DNA of 64,000 nt from assembly GCA_014905635.1 (NCBI GenBank), contig JABVCE010000004.1:682001-746000 (forward strand), given 5' to 3'. How positions within the stretch are numbered: position 1 is the first letter of the stretch; every line of letters starts with the position of its first letter. A program made the position numbers and the translations under genes. Source of the DNA: Scenedesmus sp. PABB004 (Eukaryota). The notes beneath the pieces were generated by a model. That model ran no database searches. It was not told the DNA's origin and worked only from the letters and a program-made list of their open reading frames with translations. Positions 46,138 through 55,693 of the stretch are shown here, piece after piece.

Positions 46138-47630
46138 TCAGCTGCTGCCGGCGGCAGCGGCCGCCAGCAGCCTGCGCCCGCCCGCGCGCTGCAGGGCGAA
46201 CTGCTGCTGCTGCAGCATCGCGTAGTCGGTCGCGGCGTCAGCCGCGTCCACGGCCGCGTTGTAGGCGAGCGGCTCCACGCTCACCGCCAGCCCGCTCGCC
46301 TTCCACTTGGCGAGGCCGCGGCTGATGAGGTTGGGCACGGCGATCGTGCCGACCTTCATCTTGGACGGCTCCACGGCAAAGTAGCCGCAGAACTGCGTGT
46401 AGGAGCCCTGCAGCTTGGCGGCCTGGGGGTCCCGGATCGGCTGCCCCTGCGCGTCGAGGTTGGTCGCGGGGCTCTCGCCGGCCTTCTGGCTCCACAGCCC
46501 GTTGGCGTCCTTGCGCAGGAAGTGGAAGTCCGGCTGGCAGCGCGCAAAGTTGCACGCGCTCTGGGGGCGCAGCATCGCGGCGATGAAGTGCCCCGCGCCG
46601 GGCGACCCCGACAGCGCCGCCGCGCGCGGCACCGGGCGGCCGCCGTCCGCGACGATCGCCTTGGTCAGCTGCGCGCACGTCATGCTGTGCTGCTCGAGCG
46701 GCACGCCGCTCGCGGCGCCGGGCTGGCACCACCCGCCCTTGAACGTGTTGAGGGCGTAGCAGTAGCAGTTGCTCAGGCGCGACCAGTCGCCCGGCTGCTT
46801 CTCCCAGTAGGTGAAGGTGCCGTCCTTGTTGGGCTTGTACTGGCACGCGCCCGGCTTGGCCTGGCGCGCGGCGACGCGGCGCGCGGCGGCGCGGGGGTGG
46901 GGCGCGGCGCGCGGGGGCCGCGGGCGCGCGGGGGCCGCGGGCGCGCGGCGGGCAGGGCGCGCGCTTTGCTTGCACGCGGCGGGCCGGCTGCTGCCTGCTG
47001 CCGCTGCTGCTGCTGCTGCTGCTGCTGGCTGCTGCCCCGGCGCCGCCGCTGCTGCCCCGGCGCCGCCGCTGCTGCCCGGCCGCCGCTGCTGCTCGCGCCG
47101 CGGCGCCGCTGCTCGCGCCGCCGCTGCAGCCGCCGCTGCAGCCACCGCGCCGCGCACCTGGGCGGCGTCGAGCTTGGCGTTGGGGCCCTTGCACTGGCGG
47201 GTCACGTCGTAGCCCATCAGCGGGAAGAGCGGCTCGTGGTACGCGCCGTCGCTGGCCGAGCCGCCGTCGTACATCGCGGTCCCCTGCTTCAGCAGCGCCG
47301 CGGGCACCTTGTTGGCCACGTACTTGACGGCGCGGTTCCACAGCGCCGGCTCCCACGCCGGGGCCGCCGCCAGCGCGCCGGCGGGCGCAAGGAGCGCGAG
47401 CAGGACCAGCGCCGCACGGGTCGGGCGGGCGATGGCACCTGCGCGCGCGTGCGGCGGCGGCGGCGGCGCGGCGCGGCGCGCTCAACAACCGTGCCCGCCC
47501 GGCCGTGGGCGACGCGGAGGGCCGCCGAGCGCGATGCGGGCGCGGCCGCCGCGCGCGCGGCGGCCGGGGGTCGGCCTTCTCGATCGGCCTTCTCGAGGCG
47601 GGCGCTGGTGGGCGGCCCGCGCATCATCAT
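46138..47630 (-). CDS. Secreted papain-fold-like protein (NCYxYA / DFHF / WSxKxG family); first exon uncertain
   Basis: Hydrophobic leader RAALVLLALLAPAGALAA; SNCYCYALN..CQPG..DFHFLRKDANGLWSQKAGESPATNLDAQGQPIRDP..YTQFCGYF; in-frame intron 47157-46861; acceptor near 47438; start at MMM (47630) is tentative. Confidence 0.75.
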
Positions 47631-47923
47631 CCGGCCGCCGCGCGCGGCGCCGCCCGCGCCGGCCCCGAGACGGCACGGCCGGCCGCCCACGCCCGGCGCC
47701 AGGGCGGGGCGGCGCAGCGCGCGGGCGGGCGGCGGGATGCCCCGCCACAGCTGGCAGCGCAACGCCGCCGGCCCCGGGCGGGCCCACGCCGCTGGCCAGG
47801 TCGCCACGGCGGCGGTCCGAATGCAATGCCGGGCGGCGCAGGGCGCGGCGGGCCCTGCTGCGCCCACAACCGCCTCGAAGCACGCCCCGCGGCCCCGCCC
47901 GCCGCCGCGCGCGCACCAGCCAT

Positions 47924-48428
47924 GTCCGCAGGCGGTCGCTTGGGTTGAGGGGGTCCTAGGTCGTCGTCAGACGGTCGCGCGCGGGTCGAGCTGCTCGAGC
48001 GGGGGCAGGAGGCTTGCGTCGGCCGGGCGCGCGAGTCCGTCTATGAATGTCTGGGCAGAGGGCTGCTAATGATGAATCAGCCGACCGACAGAAGAATGCC
48101 GGCCGCGGGCGGCGCGGCGCGCCTTGGGCGGCGAGCGCAGGCGCGCGTCAGGCGGGCCCAAGCCAAGCCCCACCATCACAACATCACGCGTCACCCCCGC
48201 CGCCCCCGCATCACGCTCCCCGGCTGACGCCGCGGCCGCCCGGGCCGCTGCCGGGGGGCGTGCGCGCGCCGGCGGGGGCCGGGGCGCATCACACCATCAC
48301 CCCGTACTGAGATCATTGCCGAGCGGCCGCGTCCGGGCCCCGGCCGCGCGCGGCGGCCCCGGCGCGCCGCCCGCAGCTCCCGGCCGCGCGGCCCGGCCGC
48401 CGCCGGCGCTGCCGCCGGCGCCGGCGCC
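47924..48428. repeat. Inner inverted repeat, left arm (pairs with 50830-51358)
   Basis: gtccgcaggcggtcgcttgggttgagg..ctatgaatgtctgggcagagg..ccccgtactgagatcattgccgag matches the reverse complement with few differences. Confidence 0.95.
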
Positions 48429-48459
48429 GTGTGTCGCGCGCTGGGGTGGCACGGCCGCG

Positions 48460-48702
48460 CCGCGCGTGAGGCACGGCTGCCCGCCTGGGGCCGTGATCAC
48501 GCTGGCCCGGGCAATCCCGAGACAGGGCCGTGAGCTGCGGCCGGCGGCGACGAGGCGGCGGCGACCAGCCCGCGCCGCGCGCTGGCCAGCGCACACCCGC
48601 GCGCCGCTCGAGCGAGCTGCGGGGCCTTAGATCGCCGCCACGCCGTGCTCGCCGGGGCCGCCGGGCCGTCTGTCACCACCGGGGAGCTCACCGCGCTGCT
48701 GG
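48460..48702. repeat. Third, diverged copy of the inner end of the outer repeat (direct to 51372-51591, inverted to ~43960-44190)
   Basis: cgcctggggccgtgatcacgctggcccgggcaatcccgag..ttagatcgccgc..gggccgtctgtcaccaccggg is shared. Confidence 0.9.
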
Positions 48703-48741
48703 CTGCAGCCGGCGGCGTGCCCGCAATACCATCGAGCTCGT

Positions 48742-49978
48742 CTGCGAGCGCTGCCACCGCGCGCCCACGCTGCACCCCCGCCGTGGCAGCTCTGCGCACC
48801 CGCCGCCGCCCCAACCACAGGGCGCCGAGCCGCCGCAGCCGGGCGGCGCCGAGCCGCCCGGCGCGCCCTTTCCCCGTCCCGGGCCAAACAACATCGCCGG
48901 CACCGCGCCCTGCTCCGGCGGCTCGGCGGTCAGCGTGGCGAGCACTCGAGCAGGGCGCGGTGCCTGTGGTTGGGGCGGCGGCGGGCGCAGGCGTGCGGGC
49001 GCAGAGCCGCCGCCACGGGCGCGGTGCAGCGCGCGCGGGCGCGCGGAGCGGCGGCCGCACAGCGCGGCGCGGGCGCGCCTCCGCGATCGGCGGGCGCGCG
49101 GTGGCAGCGCTCGCAGCCTGGAGCTCCAGGCTGCAGCCGGCGCCGGCGTGGTCGGGACGTACGCGGCGCAGCTGGTGCCACCCGGGCCACGCCGGCGCCG
49201 GCTGCAGCCTGGAGCGCCGCACTCCGGGCGGCGGCACGTGGCGTCGCGCGCGCACGCCGCCACCGGCGCCGAGTAGCGAGTGTGGCAGACGGTGGCCATC
49301 TGCATCATCTGCTACTCGGCGCAGGTGGTCTCGGCGCTGTCGTCCGGCGAGCCCGGTCCCTTGCCGGGCCGCGCCGCACGCGCAGCCGCACCGCACCGCA
49401 CGGCTCACCCTCACCGCCCAGAGGCATACTGGGTACCCCCTCGCCGGTGAGGGTGAGCCGGGCGGTGCGGGCGGCGGCGGGCGCCCAGCCGCGCTCGCGG
49501 GTCAATGCAGAGCACGCCGGCGGGGGCGCAGAGCCGCCACAGGCGGGGTGCGGCGCGGCGCCTGCCCCAACAAGCGCGCAGCGGCTCGGCCCTGCCCAGC
49601 GGCAGCCCGCGCACACGCGCAGCGCCGCGGCCACACATCGCGCAGCGGGCCGTCCAGTGAGGGCGCGTGGACGCAGGTCGCTGCGGCGCAGGGCGGCGTG
49701 ACCAGGGCGCGGCCGAGCTCAGCGCGCGCGCGCGCCGAGGCCGCGCGGCGCCGCCGCTGCTGGCGCCGCGGCGCGTGCAGCCGAGCGCGCGCTGAGCAGC
49801 GCCGTGCTGAGGCCGCCGAGCTGGCCGGCGCGGCGGTCCTGCAGCGCGCCCGGGCCCGGGCCGTGCCGGCCGCGCGGCGCTGACCGAGCACGAGCGCGGC
49901 CCAGCCCGAGCGCGGCCCAGCCCAGCGCGTCGAGCACGGCCTGGAGCGTCGACGCTCCAGGTTGTCGACGCGCTGGGC
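48742..49978. repeat. Cluster of palindromes and hairpins
   Basis: 25-bp IR 48742-48766/49092-49116; 22-bp palindrome 49113-49134; 29-bp IR 49123-49151/49187-49215; hairpins 49260-49328, 49391-49470 and 49920-49978. Confidence 0.9.
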
Positions 49979-50829
49979 GAGGGCGCGTCGCCGCGGCGGG
50001 CACGCCGTGCTGGTGGCCGTCCAGCGCGGCCGGGAACGGCTCGAGCACGGCGTGCCCGCCGCGCGTCGCTGCTGGTCGACCTCGACGGGCGCGGCGGCGG
50101 CAGGGGGGGGGGGGCGCGGAGCTGCATGAGCGAGCGTACAGCGAGCGGCGCGCGCGCGCGCCGACGCCGCCCTGCCCCGCCCTGCGCGCGCACCGCACCG
50201 CCGGTGGATGCAGGCGGCCTGGCAAGCGCGCGGGGGGGGGGGGGGGGGCTGCACGAGGGTGTCGAGAGACCCTCGCGGCGCCGACCCTTGCGCGGTCGCC
50301 AGGCGCGTGCGCCTGCACCGCGGCAGCCTCGCTGCTGCACGCCGCCCGCCGCCGCCGCTGGCCAGCGCTGCAGCCTCGCGCTGCGCGCCTGGCAACCGCG
50401 CGGGGGTGGACATCGCCGGGGTGAGGGCAAAAAGGTGCCTCGAGAGCGGGCAAGCTCCGTGCTCCGGCCGCTGCTGCCCGCCGCTGCTGCTGGCGGCGCG
50501 CCCGCGTGCGCGCACGCAGCGCGTGCGACCCCCGAGGTGGATCGGCGTGAGCTCGTGCCTCTCCATCTCACCGTGGGGTGCACGGGCCGCGTGGGCGCTC
50601 GCGGGCGCGCCGCTGGCAGCGCCCGGCAGCAGCGAGGTCGGCAGCGGCGCTCTCCGCTGCGAGGCGCCACGCGCAGCTGCCGACTGCCAAAGCGGTGGCT
50701 CGGGGCGCAGGCGTCGGCCAGAGTCTGCGGAGCGCCGCCGCCTCGGGCGCGCGAAACTGGCGTCAAAGACGCCGCCCGGGCGCAGGCGCTGGCGCCAGCG
50801 CGCGACGCGGGGCGCAACGGCGGCACAAG

Positions 50830-51358
50830 GCGGCGCCGGCGCCGGCGGCGGCGCCGGCGGCGGCGCCGGCGGCGGCGCCGGCGGCGGCCGGGCCGCGCGG
50901 CCGGGAGCTGCGGGCGGCGCGCCGGGGCCGCCGCGCGCGGCGGGGCCCGGACGCGGCCGCTCGGCAATGATCTCAGTACGGGGTGATGGTGTGATGCGCC
51001 CCGGCCCCCGCCGGCGCGCGCACGCCCCCGGCAGCGGCCCGGGCGGCCGCGGCGTCAGCCGGGGAGCGTGATGCGGGGGCGGCGGGGGTGACGCGTGATG
51101 TTGTGATGGTGGGGCTTGGCTTGGGCCCGCCTGACGCGCGCCCGCGCTCGCCGCCCAAGGCGCGCCGCGCCGCCCGCGGCCGGCATTCTTCTGTCGGTCG
51201 GCTGATTCATCATTAGTAGCCCTCTGCCCAGACATTCATAGACGGACTCGCGCGCCCGGCCGACGCAAGCCTCCTGCCCCCGCTCGAGCAGCTCGACCCG
51301 CGCGCGACCGTCTGACGACGACCTAGGACCCCCTCAACCCAAGCGACCGCCTGCGGAC
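50830..51358. repeat. Inner inverted repeat, right arm
   Basis: Reverse complement of 47924-48428. Confidence 0.95.
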
Positions 51359-51371
51359 GAGCTACAGCTGA

Positions 51372-52074
51372 ACGCCTGGGGCCGTGATCACGCTGGCCCG
51401 GGCAATCCCGAGGCAGGACCGCGAGCTGCGGCCAGGCGGCGACGAGGCGGCGGCGACCGGCCCGCGCCGCGCGCTGGCCGCGCATCCGCGCGCCGCTCGA
51501 CCTGGCTGCTGGGGCTTAGATCGCCGCAACGCCGCGCTGGCCGGGGCCGCCGGGCCGTCTGTCACCACCGGGAAGCTCACCGCGCTGCTGGCGCGGCCGC
51601 ACGCGCCGCGCGCCCGGCAGGCACCCGGGCCGCGGACTCACTCCCGCTGGCCGGCCCGCACAGCTGCGCAGGGCGCCCGCGGCGGAGGCCAGGGGCGACG
51701 CCGCGTCAGGGCGCTGGCCGGGGGCGCGGCGGCGGGGGACAGGGCCGCGCGGTGGTCTGGGGCAGCCGCAGCATCACCGCTTCGATGGCCCGCCACCCGC
51801 GGTGACCCGGCGCCGCTCGGGCGCGGCGCGGGCCCAGACCAAACGACCCGCCGACACCACCCCCTCTGCGCGCGTACACGCACGCCCGCTCGGCACACCG
51901 CCAAAACGACCGCCGTCAATCGCCCGGCGCCCGCAGGCAGCGCAGCACCGGCGTAGCACCGACACGCGCTCTCCGGCAACGGGGGAGCTTGAGCCACTCA
52001 CCCGCGGCGCACCAGCCCCGCACGCCTCTGCGCGCCGGGGCGAAGCTATGCTGCTAAGGGCAGCGCGGCCCGGG
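51372..52074. repeat. Outer inverted repeat, right arm
   Basis: Reverse complement of 43481-44180; begins about 13 nt after the inner right arm. Confidence 0.93.
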
Positions 52075-52094
52075 GTTCATGATCAGGGCAGGGT

Positions 52095-53714
52095 TCAGCC
52101 CAGGGGCATGAAGAGGTCACGCAGCTGCATGCAGAGCCCCACGCAGCCGCTGCGCAGCGCGGCGCCGGCGCCGTCGCGCATGCCCGGCGCGTCCGCGCGC
52201 GTTGCGACGTGCTGCAGCGACGTGGCCAGCCGCGCGGCCGCGGCGCACACGGCGTCGACGAGCAGTGGCTGGTGCGGCTGCAGCGCGCCGCACGCGCGGT
52301 ACGCCGCGGCGGCCGCTGCCACGAGGTCGGCGAGCGCGCGCGGCGCCCAGGTGCAGTCCGCCAGCGCCACGGCCCAGGCGGGCAGCTGCGCTGTGGCCGC
52401 GTCCTGCGGGCGGCGAGCGGTTGGCGCGTGCAGTCCGTGGCGCGCAGCTGCCACGCGCGGTGCTCTCAGCAGGCGCAGCGCACGCAGGCGCAGCGGCCCC
52501 TCGGCCGCGCTCCGCACCAGGTCATCCGCCAGCTGTGCAGAGGCCTCGAACAGCGGCGCCGCGGCCGCCAGCGCGCGCTCCGCGTCTCCCAGCCTCGCCG
52601 CGAGGCCCGTGCTCGGCAGGCGGAGCGCGGCCGCGGCGACGTTGGCGCGCTGCAGCCCCTCGGCCGCCGCCGCGAGCTGATGCGCGACCGCCACCGCCAC
52701 GAGCAGCGCGGGGCCGGGGAGGGCGGACAGCGCCTGCAGCATGGCCGTCGCGGCCGCCGCTCGCTGGCCGGCGGCGGGCTCCTGCAGCTCCGCCGCACGG
52801 TCCTGCAGCAGCGCCCGGAGCAGCGGCATCGCCTCCACCGCCGCCGCGGCCGCCTCCTGCCCGGCGTCGTCGCGCCCGTCGGCAAGCCCCCGCAGCGGGC
52901 CGCCAGGCGCCGCGGCGCCGCCGCCCGCGAGCGCGGGCGGCGCTGGCAGCTCGGCCGGGTTGGGCGTGGCAGCGGCGGCGCCGGGCCGAGCGGGCTGCGC
53001 CAGCAGCGCGCCCAGCAGCGCGGCGCAGTGCTGCATGTAGGCGCTTCGCAGCGTGCTCGGCGGCACCTGCAGCAGCGTGCCGCGCACAAAGCCAGCCAGC
53101 GACGCTGTCACCGCACCGCGCGCCGGCGGCGGCGCCGACGCGGCGCGCGGCGCGGCGCCGTCGCCGTCGCCGGCCGCCGCGCGGCCGCCGAGCTGCTGCA
53201 GCAGCTGCGTCATGCGCGCGTTGGTCTGCAGCATCGTCGACAGCGCCGCCGCGCGGCCGCTGAGCGCCGCCGCCACCGCGGCGCCGCCCGCCCCCGCCTG
53301 CTGCGCCGCGGAGAGCAGCTGCTGCTGCTGCCGCGCGTAGCCCGCCGCCAGGCGTGGCGCCGGCGGCGCGCCGGCCGCCGGCCCGCCGCCACCGCCGCCG
53401 GCGGCGCAGTCGTCGGCGGGCAGCGAGAGCGGCGGCAGGAAGATGCCACCGGCGGCGGCGGCGCCGGCCGGCGGCGCCGCCGCGTGCTGCTCATCCTCGC
53501 CCGCGGCCGCGGCCGCCGCCGTGCGCAGCGCGCCCGCCGCCCAGGCCTGCACCGCGGCGCCGCGGGCCTCCGCTGCCGCGAGCGCCTCCTCCAGGCGCGC
53601 CGCCTTGGCCCGCCACGCCGCGGCCTCGCCCGCCGCGGCGCGCTTCTGGCGCACGATCGCGACCGCCAGCGCCGCGCGCACGTCGGCGGCGGCAGGGGCG
53701 GCCGGCGGCTGCAT
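52095..53714 (-). CDS. Helical hypothetical protein, apparently intronless; N-terminus resembles MEI4/PRD2
   Basis: Clean 539-aa ATG ORF with Leu/Ala/Gln helical composition; N-terminal VRAALAVAIVRQK..AAAWRAKAARLEEALAAAE. Confidence 0.7.
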   Translation of the reverse strand: MQPPAAPAAADVRAALAVAIVRQKRAAAGEAAAWRAKAARLEEALAAAEARGAAVQAWAAGALRTAAAAAAGEDEQHAAAPPAGAAAAGGIFLPPLSLPADDCAAGGGGGGPAAGAPPAPRLAAGYARQQQQLLSAAQQAGAGGAAVAAALSGRAAALSTMLQTNARMTQLLQQLGGRAAAGDGDGAAPRAASAPPPARGAVTASLAGFVRGTLLQVPPSTLRSAYMQHCAALLGALLAQPARPGAAAATPNPAELPAPPALAGGGAAAPGGPLRGLADGRDDAGQEAAAAAVEAMPLLRALLQDRAAELQEPAAGQRAAAATAMLQALSALPGPALLVAVAVAHQLAAAAEGLQRANVAAAALRLPSTGLAARLGDAERALAAAAPLFEASAQLADDLVRSAAEGPLRLRALRLLRAPRVAAARHGLHAPTARRPQDAATAQLPAWAVALADCTWAPRALADLVAAAAAAYRACGALQPHQPLLVDAVCAAAARLATSLQHVATRADAPGMRDGAGAALRSGCVGLCMQLRDLFMPLG

Positions 53715-53977
53715 CGCGTCTGCGGCGCGCGGCGCGGCCGACGCGCGCGCAGCGATTGCCGGGGCGAGCTGGGCCGGCGCTCAGGAGCGGGCCGGGTGGG
53801 CGGGCAGAGGAGGGCGAGCGACGCAGCGGTGGGGGCCATCGAAAAGGACGCGGTTCAAAGAAGCGCGCCGCCGCCGGCGCGCGAATCGTCGCGGCCGACA
53901 GGTGGCGCGGCGCGCCCCGCCCGGCCGTCCGCGGCCCTCCCGCGCCCCGCCTACGCAGAATCGCGCCCTCAGGCGCC

Positions 53978-55662
53978 ATGGCGCGCGCCGCGGCAGCGCT
54001 GCTGGCCCTCGCGGCGGCGGCCGCGCCGCTGCTTCGCGCCGCCGCGCTGTCGGCGCCGAGCGCCGTGCCGCTGGAGGACGCCGCCTACGTGCTACAGCAG
54101 GTCGCGGCGGCGCCCGCGGGCCAGCCCGACTTCCAGGGTGCGCGCCGCGCCGCGCAGCGCGCGCGGCTGCTCGCCCCGCCCGCGACCGCCGCCCGCGACC
54201 GCGCCGCGCCCCGGCAGCGGCGGCGCTGCGCGCCTTTGCGGCAGGGCTCGCCGCCGACCCGCACGGCGTGCTGCCCCTCTGGACGGGCGACTCGCACCCC
54301 TGCGGCGACGGCTCGACCAACCTGCGCGCGTGGCCGGGCGTCGGCTGCGACGCGCCCACGGGCTCGGTGACGGAGCTGCGCCTGCCGGGGAAGGGCCTCG
54401 CCGGCACGCTGCCGGCCGAGATCGCGGCGCTCAAGGCGCTGCGCACGCTGTGAGCCCGCGCGGCGCAGCCCCGCGCGGCGCGGCGCGGCTGCGCCCACCC
54501 GCCGCCGCCGCCGCTGCCGCGGCGCCCAGGGACCTGTCCGGGAACGCGTTCGACGGCCCGCTGCCGGCGCGCTGGTCCAACCTCACGGCGCTCGAGCGCG
54601 TCGACCTCTCGCGCAACGCGCTCACCGGCACGCTGCCATCCACCTGGGGAGCGTGGGACGTCCTGCAGGCGCTCGACCTGCACCACAACCGCCTCACCGG
54701 CCAGGCGCGCCGCAAGCGCGGCCGCCGCCGCAGCAGCGCGCCGCTGCCGCAGCGTCCTGCCGCAGCGCCGCAGCACCGCCGCCGCCATCCTGCAAGCGCG
54801 CGCCGCGCGCCTCACTCGCGCGCGCCCCGCCGCCGCGCCAGCTGCCGGGCGCGTGGGCGGGCATGAACCTTCTGGAGGTGCGGCGGCAGCGAGCGCGCGC
54901 GCGCGCACGCAGAGGTTCCCGCCTCCTGCGCGCCGCGCCTGCACCGCCGCCGCCCAACTCCGCGTCCGCCGCCCGCGCGCAGGTGTGCGACCTTTCCAAC
55001 AACGCCCTGTCGGGCTCGCTGCCGCCCTCGTGGGCGCGCCTAGCGTTCCTCAGCGTGCTGGACCTCCACAACAACACGCTCAACGGCGCGTGCGCAGCCA
55101 GGGGGCTCCCAGGCCAGGGGCACCCTGAGTGGCCGCGCACCTGTCGCGGCGGCCGCTGACGCCGCGCGCCGCCGCGCCCTCGCGACGCAGGCACGCTGCC
55201 GCCTGCGTGGGCGCAGCAGCGCTCGCTGCTGCAGCTGTGAGTGGCGGCGCAGGGGCCAGGGGCGGCGCGGCGGGCGGGCCGACGCAGCAAGGTCCGCGCA
55301 GGCCCTGCTGCAGGCCCCGCCGCTGACGCCGCCGCCACGCCCGCCCGCGCGCAGCAACCTCGGCGCCAACGGGTTTGAGGGCGCGCTGCCCGCCGACTGG
55401 GCGGGCGGCATGGACTCGCTCCGCGGCGTCAACGTCACGCGCAACAACCTCACAGGCGCGCGCACGCCGCGTGGCGCGGTGGCGGCGCCGGCCCTCCGTG
55501 GGCTGCCCTGCAAGTCGCCGACACGCCTCCGCGCGCGCGCACGCACCGCGCTGGCTCAGGCACGCTGCCGCTGGAGTGGTCCAACATGACGTCACTGCAG
55601 TTGCTGTGAGAGCCGGGCGGCACGCGCGCGCGCGGGCGCAGTCACCGCGCCGGCTCACTCCT

Positions 55663-55693
<31 letters not shown>

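Noticed and set aside
48060..48320. Possible C/D snoRNA (ATGATGA..CTGA) in the inner repeat arm
   Set aside because: The boxes are ~240 nt apart and I see no rRNA guide complementarity or U3 features; an Infernal/Rfam search would settle it.
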